Positions 14,628 through 26,379 of a stretch of 64,000 nucleotides of DNA are shown one piece after another; position 1 is the first letter of the stretch, and each line of letters starts with the position of its first letter. The notes below the pieces were generated by a model that had not been told where the DNA came from, ran no database searches, and saw only the letters and a list, made by a program, of their open reading frames with translations. Source of the DNA: Callorhinchus milii. Taxonomy: Eukaryota. The DNA lies in NCBI RefSeq assembly GCF_018977255.1, contig NW_024704752.1, forward strand, positions 19,592,001 through 19,656,000. Direction: 5' to 3'. The translations under genes were made by a program, and so were the position numbers.

Positions 14628-15292
14628 ACCAGGAGAAATTCACTTCTCTTTTGGAATAGTACTGCCGTGGGATCTTCTAAAACACAATTTTCCCAGATTA
14701 CACTGGATTACACATTGGGTGTGCCTGATTTCTGTAGAACATTGCAGGAACATTTTGTAACCGTCAAATCTGCTTAAAATTACTCTGTTAGTTTTAATGA
14801 CCCAAATTTTGAGTGAACTGCAGACAACAAGTTGGTCTGATGTGTAGATGATGCAGCCGTTCGGCATTCGTATCAAGGAAAACTTCTGGTCCATGTAGTT
14901 CTGTCCAAGATAATGTATTCTTGTCAAATCCTAAAATTATATTTTTCAACGGTAGGTTTCTTGAAAGACAACTGTGTTCTTCATTATTGTGAGTTTTGAG
15001 AAGACGGATCTAAAAGATGGCACTTACAAATGAATCGCACATTCGTACTTTCCATTTAGGATTTTATTGCTCACCTTGTTGAAAAACGTAATCCCAGATG
15101 TTTTCAGCAATATAGATCACTAAAATTTAATACAGTCTTAAAACTTTGGATGAAGTCTACACTTTCTATCACATTTTTGTATGGTTTCTTTGATTTAGCA
15201 GAGGGATACATTGCTTTAGACTGCTTTTGAATTCCCTACCACATCAATCAAATTGTTTAGAATTCTCCCTCCTTATCAAGATACCATTAGTA

Positions 15293-15353
15293 CCTTGGGA
15301 CGTCCTCCCGACGTGAAAGGCGCTCTATAAATGGAATCTTGTTGTTGTTGTTG
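15293..15353 (+). mobile_element. L2 terminal stem-loop plus (TTG)n tail only
   Basis: ccttgggacgtcctcccgacgtgaaaggcgctctataaatggaatcttgttgttg; similar short tails at 5591-5640(+), 27463-27524(-), 28831-28890(+), 49517-49570(+). Confidence 0.85.
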
Positions 15354-17599
15354 TACCTTTGAACTAATTGAGAATAACTTTTTTTTACTCGAAGCATCAT
15401 TTAATTTGGCATTTTAATCCTCTTGGATAAAATATTTAAGTTTACTTACCTTTTAATGTAAGCCCTCAAACTCAAACTACCATTTGATTTTTTTTTTAAA
15501 AAACTCAGTGTTGGGAGTGCTACCAACTGAGCCAGTCTGATAACTGGAATCCAATCAATGCCATGTAATACTTTGTGTTTGAAGCTTGCCTTATATTAAT
15601 TATCTGTAAGGGATTTTCCTCAGATTTCTCTCCCATTATTCATAATCCATTGAGTTTACTGTGTCTTTCAATTGCTTTTCCAGTTAACACAGCATTCAGA
15701 GCGTGTCATATCTTCAAAAATATCAAGAAATATTTATTGGTAAACTTGTTATCTCCTAAATTGACTAATCTTTTCCTTAAAAGGATTTGGTCATAATGTA
15801 CTTGTATTGATTTCACTAAATTCATTTTTCAGCCTATTTAACTGAATTTAATGACATATGAGACACCATAACTGGGTTAAGAGATTTTTTTTTAGAATAT
15901 AATGAAAACCATGGCCCTTTCAGTGACTACCAGAGTTTAGCTACATCTCTACATCTGGCGTAGATTAATCTAAATTGAATAATCTGGGACAGCCAACATC
16001 TTTGCTTCACTTCACTTCAATGTCTTCAACCACAAATCGCTCACCAGGCACTTTTATGGGGTGGGGGGGCAATGAAAGTTTCAAATGTTCTTGTGAAGTC
16101 AGAAAACTTTTGAAACTTGGCCCAAATCTAACTCTTAACACCAACGTAGATGTAGCCGTGTGGAGAACCGTGAAAACAAGGTCATCTCTTAGAGCGAAAG
16201 CTACTCATTTGTTAGATTCCTCTAAACATTTTGAAAGGATTTCAAGAACATTGTCGCTGTCACCCAAAAAAATCCAACTGTCACATCAAGTTAAAAGATC
16301 ACAAGATGTGTTCGCTATCAAACATCCGGATACTGAGCCTGAGGAAGTCCCATCAGAGCCTGATGGTTTCTAGGATTAGTCCACAGTCACTTCAGGTGCT
16401 GAATATATTCCTCCTTCAAGAACAATGATAATGATGGCTCAAAGCATTAAAACACGCAAGTATTTAATTTCAAAACTCGTCATTCCAGCCTTTGTCAATC
16501 TGGCTGTTGCCACATCCAACGCACATTTGCTTTGGCGCCTCATTGATCCAGACTCATGGCCTTAGCTTCTGACAGCACTAACAGCAGCACAGGTATGTTT
16601 TTAATGTGAGTTTCACCGGGATAAACATTTCTGTTCCTCAGCCACAAATGGGATTACAAAGACTGTGGTAAGCAAAGTCTGGTTTGAACTCAGTGTAGGA
16701 TGTTGCAGGAAAGAACTATTCACATGCTCACTTGTTAAATAACGGGAGAATTGGTTTGTAGGATGCTAAAATGTCTTGTACCTAATTAATCATCAAAAAT
16801 AATGGTAGTACACTTTATAAAAGTGGAACCAATATTGTGTGAATCTACATCGTTTATGGCAGGTATGAGAAATACTCTGTGTTCTTGTAAATTCTGATTA
16901 GTTATTTCCTCCAGTTACAGATCCTTCTGGAAAATAGCCTTGAGTTCCGTTGTTCCATGTGAGCAATCAGATGATTGCTGTGCAGATGATCAATTATAAG
17001 ACGTCTGTGAAAGTCATGTCATTGTAATGATGATTAAATACTGAAAGATATGGAATGTGTGTGTGTACATAAAATCTAACCCAACAAGACTAAGATATTT
17101 GAACCATCCACAACTGGAAACTGTGTGGTTTATTAATGAACACAGAAACATAAAATAGTTATTCTGATTTTTTAAAAAAAAGCTTTGAAACGTAGACTTC
17201 TTTCTTTGACAATCTCCTGATTCAAGGCCGCAATGATGCACTGCAGGAGCCATGTACGGTTCTAAATGGCCAAACAGTGAAAGCTTTTACTGACAGCTGT
17301 GATTGTTTGAGAAATGGTAAATAACTCTTTAAAGTGCAAACAAAAATTGCAATGCCATTTTAACAATTTCATCAAATTTCAAAGGGGAACACAGTCAGAA
17401 ACACAAGGACATCTGACAGCACTGTCACTCATTACTAAAGTGAAAAGTTTTGTGAGAACTTTTGGGGGCAAAGACTAGGGGGTGCGAGAAGCAGTATTAA
17501 TTTCAAGGCACTGTATTTGTCTTCACCTCAGCACCTGAGCATTTCATCAAGCTTTTCAGCAAGTACATGGTAGCATCTTTTAATTACAGTCACTGGAGT

Positions 17600-18035
17600 C
17601 TGATCTCAACGACTGTCTGAATGTGGCAAAAACAACATACAACTGAAGCTTCTGATAAACCAAGCAAAGTCCCTGTTATCTTTCCTTTAAGAATCATGTC
17701 GGTGGTAATAATAGTAGTAGCCACAATCCACACGGTAGCAGGTGGAACCTTCGTGGAAGTGGATAGATTTCTGATCATTTAGGTCTAGGACAACATCAAA
17801 GCCGTCATACTCAGCAGCAGAATTAATTAAGTCTTGGCGAACATGCCTTTCACTCCACCTGATCATGGCATTGGATGCTGGTCAACTCCGTATCATGAAA
17901 AAATCAAGTTCAGACGAATGCCAGTAATATTTAGTGAGCAGTCAGTTTATCCTCTGGTAGAAAGTGCTTCATTATTCATGTTCACAACAGAGCTTTACCA
18001 TTCTAGGCATGTCTTTAATAACCACATCAGCAGAA
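17600..18035 (-). mobile_element. Possible very decayed Penelope-type RT fragment
   Basis: Minus strand gives DVVIK..SVVNMNNE.. and later KDNRDF, loosely like PLE RT DIVIKPADKGGAVVVM / KDTTDF; heavily frameshifted. Confidence 0.3.
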
Positions 18036-19479
18036 CAAAGTTAGGATTTATTAACAAAGCTGCCATGTTACAGGGTGAACAGCAAAAGCATTTGTACTGT
18101 TTAACATTTACATTAATCTTCTTGCGTTTTGTCGACTACTTGCTATACGCAGAAAAAGAGGTGCATATTTAGGACACTTTTTCATGTCAAAACATCTCGG
18201 CACATTCTTGTCAATTGTCGTGACTTTTTTAATAATAATACTTGCATCTGATACAGCGCCTTATCACGTCTTCTCGACATCTGAAAGTACTTCACAGAAT
18301 ATACTGTAAAGTGAACTGACTGTATATTTTGAGGGCAAAATAAGCAAAAAAGTAGATATTTGTACCAAATGGCCATGATGTGAATGGCCAATTCTGAGAA
18401 TTGTTGGCCCAAATCCAGGAAATTTGTTGTGTAAAGTGATGCTTAACATCTACATGAGTAGCCAGGATTTTCGTTTACCATCTCAGTCAAAAGATAATAA
18501 TAACAATAATAATAATAATGCCTGTATTTGACATAACAGCTCATTACATCTTTGAGACGTCTCAAAGCGCTTCACAGAATATACTGTAAAGTGAATTGAC
18601 TGTACATTGTGGGCAGAACATGGCAGCCAGTAGCAAACAGCAGCGTCCCATAAACAGTTGTGGATTGAGTGACCAAATTATTGCTGAATAGTTTGTTTAT
18701 TTGTTTGTTTACATGGCTAACGTGTCCCCTTGGTCCCATTTTAAAAAAAAAGTCTAATCATGCTGTGTTATTTCACAAACATCCCTACTGGTATATATAG
18801 AGTAAGAATCAAAGTCAATCAGTTTCACACTGTAAACATTGGATGTTGTCAACCCTTAACATTGGTTTGTTTCATAATCTATGTCTAAACCTACTTAGGA
18901 GAGACTTTCATGCAAACATGTTCCCTTTTTCTCTTCCCAAAGTAATGCTTCAGAATGTTCACACTTGGATTTGTGCCACCTTCTAAGTAAATGCAAAAGC
19001 CTTATGATCTGTTGGGCACAGTTAAAAAGCTGACAGGTCTGTCATTAGTTCTGCAAGGAAATTTAGTTTCTTACGCATAGCTGTTCACAGAATTGTGCTT
19101 AGTTTCACAGTTCCTTTGAAATATGGAGACCAGATCAATTGGTGCATGATGCTCTGTGAAAAGTTCAATCTGAATAATAGAATATAATGCTTATGTTCCC
19201 ATCACTCTTTAGTGAGACAACACAGTCCATTCCACTGACACATGTATTGATGGCCATCATTTTTCTTATTGATCCTACGCTGATGATATGAGAGCAATGG
19301 ATTTCTACTCTTTTAGGTCTATGCCACATTTCAAAGAGGTGTTATACAGAGTAGAAACTCATTTAAAAATCAGCCTGATGTAGCGGTGGTGGGACCGTAG
19401 GGTGATAAGATTGGGTGGGCCGAAGGGCCTTTGTCTTCATCCAGAGTAATCTTGTGATCTTGTCAAACCACATGAGCAC

Positions 19480-19520
<41 letters not shown>

Positions 19521-20725
19521 CCTTGCATTTGATATAGAGCTTTATCATGTACTTGAGGTGTCCCACAAACGGTTGTGGATCGAGTGACCACATTATCGTT
19601 TTTAAAAAAAAAGAGTTTTTTTTAGGGGATTATTACTCCCGGAAAGCGATCCAATCAATAAACACATTAGTTTATTCCAGGTCTTGAATTTGTGTAATGT
19701 AATTTGTGTACAATGTTCACACCACTGTATATCACATCTTATCTCTATTTTGCTATCATATGACATCAAATTATTCCGTGTAACTAATTTTCTCATCACC
19801 AGTGTAGTTCAATTAAATTGTTTGAGAACTCGATTTAACTGAGAAAGCGTTACGTTGCCAAGATGGTGTGCAAGAAATTGACCTGCCCATGAGTTTGAAC
19901 ATCATCTTGTGTGTAATTGGACAAATAGTTCTTCAAAGGCTATTCATTTGTAAACGATATCCAGAAAGATCACCTTTCCGTGCACCAACTAGCTTCTAGT
20001 TGATTATCACAGGTTTCATCTTCTTACTGTTCATTGCAAAATCATCACATTATGTAGAAATCCCTACAGGGAAATCAGATAACACTAATTCTGCTAAGCA
20101 GTGGGTTTGGCCTAACAATGACCTAATTTATCTGTTTTCTTTGAACTCACTAGATGGTACGGTGGATGCTATTCAGTTCTGATTAATGAAGTCAGGCAAT
20201 AAAACTAGGAACCTAGGGATTCGTAATTGCATTTCCCACCTTTTGGAAAGGAAGTGGCTGTTTTTCAGATTTGTTTCTGAGGTCCTCTTGTAAGTACAGT
20301 AATTGAAACAGAAAAATCGGTATGTTTCTCAAATCCCACACGGTGTTAATCAACAACAAGTCATTGGGAAACAGCGACAAGGTGGGGTGTGATTCCGAGC
20401 TCGTCAATTATCAACCTTGGCATTCTGTGGATATTACTTTGCGCTTGACAGTAATTTACAAGCCTACATGGTGTTCTTGTAAGAAAGGGAAAATTTGATT
20501 CCTCCCCCATGTCTGTAAATTCGTCATTAAACAGAGAACAAGATCCCAACAATGCTAAGGTTGTTATATGTACTGGTCAGTAGAGAACATTCCCATTGTG
20601 CCTATGTTTACTGGTGTTGTCCACCAAATGCTGAGATGTTAAAATACACCTAGGATTTCACCATAGAGTGAGTTTCCAAGCTCAGGCTTCCTAAGAAATT
20701 CAATTGTAGCATTCACATGACGCTG

Positions 20726-20896
20726 CAACAACAACAACAAGATTTCATTTATAGAGCACCTTTCACATCGGGAGGACGTCCCAAGGTGCTGGACAGTTGG
20801 GTTGGGACCCGAGCAGGGGGAAATGGTCAGGGTGAGGGGAGGGAATGGAGGGAGCGAGGAGGGGGTAGAGAGTCGAGAAGGGAGCCGAAGGCACGG
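20726..20896 (-). mobile_element. L2 LINE 3' end
   Basis: Same 3' UTR but with only one copy of the internal GGAAATGGTCAGGGTGAGGGG unit. Confidence 0.9.
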
Positions 20897-21789
20897 GCTG
20901 CAGTTAATGTGTCCTGAGGTGGTAGCATTTCAACTCTGGAATGATATTAATTGGGAAAGAAAAAGAAACAGCATCAAATAATGATTCTCCTGCCTGGCTG
21001 CTACACAGCTCTGATCCTCCCCTTCATACTTTGATACACTCTTGTCTGATTTCCCTCCACTAATCCATCTAATTTCACTTGTGTGTTTGATCTCCTGACA
21101 CTCCACTTGCAATCTTTATTAACTCTAGTGCCTCCGTCATGTTCAAGGCTTTTCATTTCTCACTGATGCCTCTGATGCCTGGAAAGCCACGTTCCTGCCT
21201 TTGACACCGGCCCAAAACAGCATGGTCAAACCACCAATGTGATTTATCAGACTTGCTCTTCTATGCTACAGCGCTGCTCCCATTGCTCTGATGGTCCGAA
21301 TCATTAGGCTGCTGTGTCAGCTTGTTTGGCACATGAGGTCGGAGATGAGGCAGGCACTAACTGTGCCAGTGTGAACAGACACATCCAAACAAACAGAGCA
21401 GAGCTCGTACCAGTGAACATATTCTTTCAATTTGGTTACCTGAGAACGTATTCTCTCACCTAAATCTACAGAAGGGTTAATAAAGATCAGGCAGTGAGGA
21501 GATGGTTGATTGCGTCCATTGCTGGGCAACTGTATAATGGCAAGCCCTTTCAATTTTGATCATTGTGCTAAAGGGTAAATCCATTAAATTTAAGCTTTCT
21601 TTGATCCGTGAAGTGAAGAATTACACTGATTCTTTACATTTCATTCCCTCTGGCAGGCCAATCATTTAAATGTTTCTGCCTCACCTGTTTTCAAGGTCAT
21701 TCAGTATTTTGGTGTTCAAAGGCTGACTCCCTTTCTGAAATCTTAATTTTCTTATTTACTTCATGTCAATTCTCTGGGTCAAAGAGCTA

Positions 21790-21970
21790 ACTTTCTTCCT
21801 CCTTCAGGCCTGCTCCTCTTCGACCAACAGTGCTTCAGCCACCCTCCTACCTGCACCCCTCCTGATCCCAATCCCCAGAGATCCAAATCCCTGACTGTCC
21901 AGTGCCTTGGGACGTCCTCCTGACGTGAAAGGTGCTGTGTGAATGTCATTTGCTATTGTTAATGTTGTTG
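21790..21970 (+). mobile_element. Older L2 3' end
   Basis: ccttgggacgtcctcctgacgtgaaaggtgct stem-loop preceded by a C-rich UTR; degenerate TTG tail. Confidence 0.75.
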
Positions 21971-24549
21971 CATCTACCACTAGTCAGTTTATTGCTATGG
22001 TTTTTAAAGAGGTAATGTCTCAATTAATTATTTGCATCAATATATTGCAAACCTCTCCTTGCCTACGGATGAAGAAAAGCCACAAATCACTTTTGCCGTC
22101 AGGTTCACTGCAATTTACACTGGTGTTTTTTTTAATAAAAGAAAAGATTTTTCAAACGCGTCATTAGGATAACTATCAGTGATTCATTTCCAGCAAATGT
22201 TTTTCTGAATCTGAGACTTTTTATTGCGAAACCCAGAGATAAATTGCCAGCGCAAAACCTGCAGTTGCTCGAATCTAAAATGCTAAAATTGTGACGTTTT
22301 CTTTCGAGTCCTTAAAATGCACAGTGAGCCAAAACAATTGCAATGTTTCAGTGTTCGGCATATAATCAGACTCCTGTAATAAGGCTTTAGAATTGATCTG
22401 GTTTGTGCCAGGGATTTCTGACCTGCGTGAATAGCATTATATCAATACAACTTGTTGTTGTATGTATGGGGGTTGAATGCTATTTGTTGTTTGGTGTGAC
22501 TTTACAAAGTGCACAACATTTGATATCCATCCTTATAAAACCTCAAAGAACCACACAATAATTGTTCTAGTACAGGTACAGCGACATAAGCCATGCCAAT
22601 GCCTCCCATTGCAGATTAAAACAAAGCATGTCCAGCCTTGTCACAATTAAATGTGTTTGCGAGCTAATATACAATATACAATGCTTTCCTGTCTTAAAGT
22701 TCCCCTCAGTAGTTTTCAGCATTCATTGCAATGTCTATGCCGGGCATCACTTGCACCAAAACCAATACTTACATCTAATTCTGATGTGCCTGTGACATGC
22801 TTTCCTCTCCAGAGAAAATTTGTTGAGCACACAGATTGTGAATTTATGGATTTTCGAATCCCATCTACAGCTTTGAGGAAGAGCAAACTCTGTTAATCCA
22901 GTCCAAGTTATGGTAAATTTCATGAAGCGTTGGATTTGTTTCTCAAGAATGTTGTTCAGTATTGTGATTCTCACCATGTTGTTGCGACAATTCTGATTGT
23001 CCATGTTTTTTAAAAAAATGTAAGTACCTTTTGTAAGGAAACCAATGCACAGTTATTGTGTGTTATGTGCTCCTTGTGTGACGCATACCAAGTTTTAGGT
23101 TTGACTCTAGGTTGAATATCAGTGTTGATATGATGGATCATGCTTGCTTTGTTGTGAGTCAATCGTATATTAGCCTAAAATTCATTCAGGCGATGCATTC
23201 CGCTCAACTCAATGGTAGAAAGCAATGGCAATGCACAGCTCAGATTTAATACATCTGACCATTGTATGACTTATAAACTCTTCTCACATTTCCCCCATTT
23301 TCTCAATTCCCATTCACTCCATCCCAGCAGCACAGAAATCATTGTCTTGTTTGCGTGTGTGTGTGTGTCAGCCAGTTCAGGTGGTAGCACGCTCTCCACT
23401 AAGTCAGAAGGCTATGGGATATTGTTCCATGAACACATTGTTTTCTGAGAAAAACAAATTCCCAGTCTATACATTCTCTGAATTTTTTAAAGGTCTAAAA
23501 ATAAACCTTCTGTGCATCTATATTTCAAAACTAGACCTTGCCCAGTAGCAAAACTCAGAAACACACTAAAGGAATATGACATGTTTCAGAAGCATCCAGA
23601 GTAGCTGCCAGTTAAAGGTAGTAAACACTGTGCCACAAGTGGCTGAATAAGAAGGTCACAGTTACATTAATGGTAGATGGGGTTTTATGCTGTGTTTATA
23701 TTACAGTATTTGTACTGAATTGTACTGTGATTGCTTTCCCCTGTGGTCCCATGAGAGAACACAATGGTTCCATCGACAGAAATCTGACATCAAGTACGTG
23801 TGTGTTTACATCCTAGTGCAGCAGTATGCAGAACAGCAAGTATAAATAGGGCTTCCTCTTTCACATGGTGATGCTGTTGAGAGTGAAACGGCATTTCCCC
23901 CAGCAATTAGAAACACAGCCATAGAAGCATTCAGTGTGGATTTTGAAGCAGGAAGCCATGCCTCATTAATTTGGCCTCAGGACATGCCTGTAAAGTGCTG
24001 AGAGATAATATAGATGTAGAAGGGGATGTGTGGCCTGGACTATGAGCGCAGAACTAGATGGCGCAGGTTTCAATATTAGCAAGGCTCAAATCAGTCCAGA
24101 GAGAATAAGGATTGATTTCCCCGACAGCATGTTGGATATGTGGGATTAGTTGATACTTTGCTGTTTAACTCCTTCCTATATTTTAAGAACAGTGATAAAT
24201 ATCTGATTGTTAGTGGGACTGAGCGCAGTGGTGATATGTAAGGCGAGATGTTCAACCACATGATGGTTACAGAGCCGCGGAACATGGAGACTGTTCGATT
24301 TGATGAATGAAGATTACGAACAATGTACCTTACCTCTGCGTTCATCAAATGGAAACTTTTTGGAAACTATTTTTGTAAATTTTTTGCTGCAGAAGAATTT
24401 ACCTGCGATTGCATTAGTCCTGCAGTTTTGGGAGCACTTTCATTCATGCGACACAGAGTTGTCAAAGGTGATCCTTGCTTGGTTGGCTTCCATCTACCCT
24501 CTTTTCCATTTCCCGCCATGTACTACAATAATACTAATAATATAAGTAC

Positions 24550-24893
24550 TATAATAATCCTTCCATTTGATACAGCGCCTTTTCACTTCTTTGAGACGTC
24601 TCAAAGCGCTTCACAGGACACACTGTAAAGTGAATTGACTGTACTTTGTGGGCAGAACATGGCAGCCAGTAGCACACAGCAGCCTCCCACAAACAGTCGT
24701 GGATTGAGTGACCAAATTATTATTTATTTTTGAAGGGATTGTTACCCCCAGAAAAGCGATCCGCCAATCAATTAACAACCGGGTTCCTATTTATTACTGG
24801 CAAACAGAGGCGTGTGGAGTAAGGAAACTTGCCCACCGATTCGCCTTGGCTGGGAATCGAACCAAGTCCTCTCGCTTGTGAGGCGAGTGTTCT
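24550..24893 (-). mobile_element. tRNA-derived SINE, long-body variant
   Basis: Contains an extra gcctctgtttgccagtaataaataggaacccggttg...gatcgcttt segment; head truncated by ~20 nt. Confidence 0.9.
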
Positions 24894-25840
24894 AGTAGAG
24901 TTCTAGAGTCTAATTTGTTTTGCTGAAAGATTGTTTGTTTGGCAGCGAGATTTATTTTCATTCACTTGTCTGAAATTAGAGAGTTGACAGTTTTTTTTAA
25001 AAATGCCGATGCCGAAAATTCCTGTATGGATTTTAACCACGTTTGAGTTACGTACCATATGTAGATGATGGAATGCATCTGCTTCACATGACTTGTTAGC
25101 TGTTTCCTGTTGGACTATAGGTATACTCCATGAATTATTCTGTGACATACTTCTCTTCTGCATGTAGTGAATGATGCTTTGGAGCATTGTCATTTCCAGT
25201 TACTCAAACGTATTTTTTTCTGTCCAGCATTCTGTTCTCTGAGATTGCCAAGCAATGCTTTGAAGAGCAAACTTTATATTCATTTCCATTCACAAAACCT
25301 GTCCCATCTAGTGCTGAAAGGAAATCCAACAATATTAGAAGGAAAACTACAACAGGACACATCTATCATTTCAATGGGTTTTCTGTTCCAACACACCATT
25401 ATCATAATGTGTGCGGTAGCATTTATACATCAATGAGCTCCACTTGTGTTACAGCAACAATCTGCATTAATATAGCGCCCTTCATGTGGGGTAGTGACTC
25501 AGAGCGCTTATTAGTGGAGTGGTTTGACATTGACCTGGGGAGGAAGGGGAGGTGAGATGCGATCTGAAGTACTATTGCTTAGTAGAGCAATGTCAGTATT
25601 AATCTACAGAGTGAGAAGCAGAAATGTGAATTAACATAACATAACTTGTAGGAGTAGGCTATTCGGCCCTTCGAGCCTGCCCCGCCATTCACTCATGGCT
25701 GATCTTCTAATCTAACTCCAGCTAATAATCTGACCCTGCCTTATCCCCATATCCCTCAATCCCTTTTGCAATAAGAAATCTATCTATCTCAGTCTTGTAT
25801 CAGTAAGTAGATGTGCTTGTTGCATTGTCTGTTCAGTAAT

Positions 25841-26379
25841 AACAACAACAACAACAACAAGATTCCATTTATAGAGCGCCTTTCACGTCAGGAGGACGTC
25901 CCAAGGCGCTGCACAGTTGGGTCATGACCCGAGCAGGGGGGAAATGGTCAGGGTGAGGGGAGGGAAGGGAGGGAGAGAGGAGGGGGGAAATGGTCAGGGT
26001 GAGGGGAGGGAAGGGAGGGAGCGAGGAGGAGGAAGAGAGTCGAGAGGGGAGCTGAAGGCACGGTCAAAGAGAAAGGTTTTGAGACCGGCCTTGAAGGAGG
26101 AAAGGGAGGAAGCGGCGAAGGCACTGGGGGATGGAGTTCCAGAGCTGGGGCTGAGAGGCTGAAGGCCCGACCACCGATAGTAGGGCGGTTGGGGCGGGGG
26201 ACGTGGAGCAGACCGGAGCCAGAGGAACGGAGGGTACGGGCAGGTAGGTAGGGGGATAGTAGGTTGGAGAGGTAGGAGGGAGCAAGGCCGTGAATGGCCT
26301 TGTAGGTGAGGATGAGGATCTTGAAATTAATCCTCTGGGGGATGGGGAGCCAGTGGAGGCGAGCGAGGGTGGGAGTGAT
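25841..26379 (-). mobile_element. L2-clade LINE, 5'-truncated, with ORF2 C-terminus and 3' UTR
   Basis: Translates to ITPTLARLHWLPIPQRINFKILILTYKAIHGLAPSYL...RTLRS...GGRAFS / LWNSIP (typical L2 ORF2 end, one frameshift); 3' stem-loop GCGCCTT-GGGACGTCCTCCTGACGTG-AAAGGCGC; (TTG)n tail. Confidence 0.95.

Noticed and set aside
15975-16373. 132-aa ORF, the longest non-LINE ORF
   Set aside because: TTG start, no motif, no convincing splice sites; exons B and C already join in phase without it.
18232-19660. Recurring near-identical segments suggesting a CRISPR-like or tandem array
   Set aside because: They are dispersed SINE tails with irregular spacing; eukaryotic context, no cas genes.
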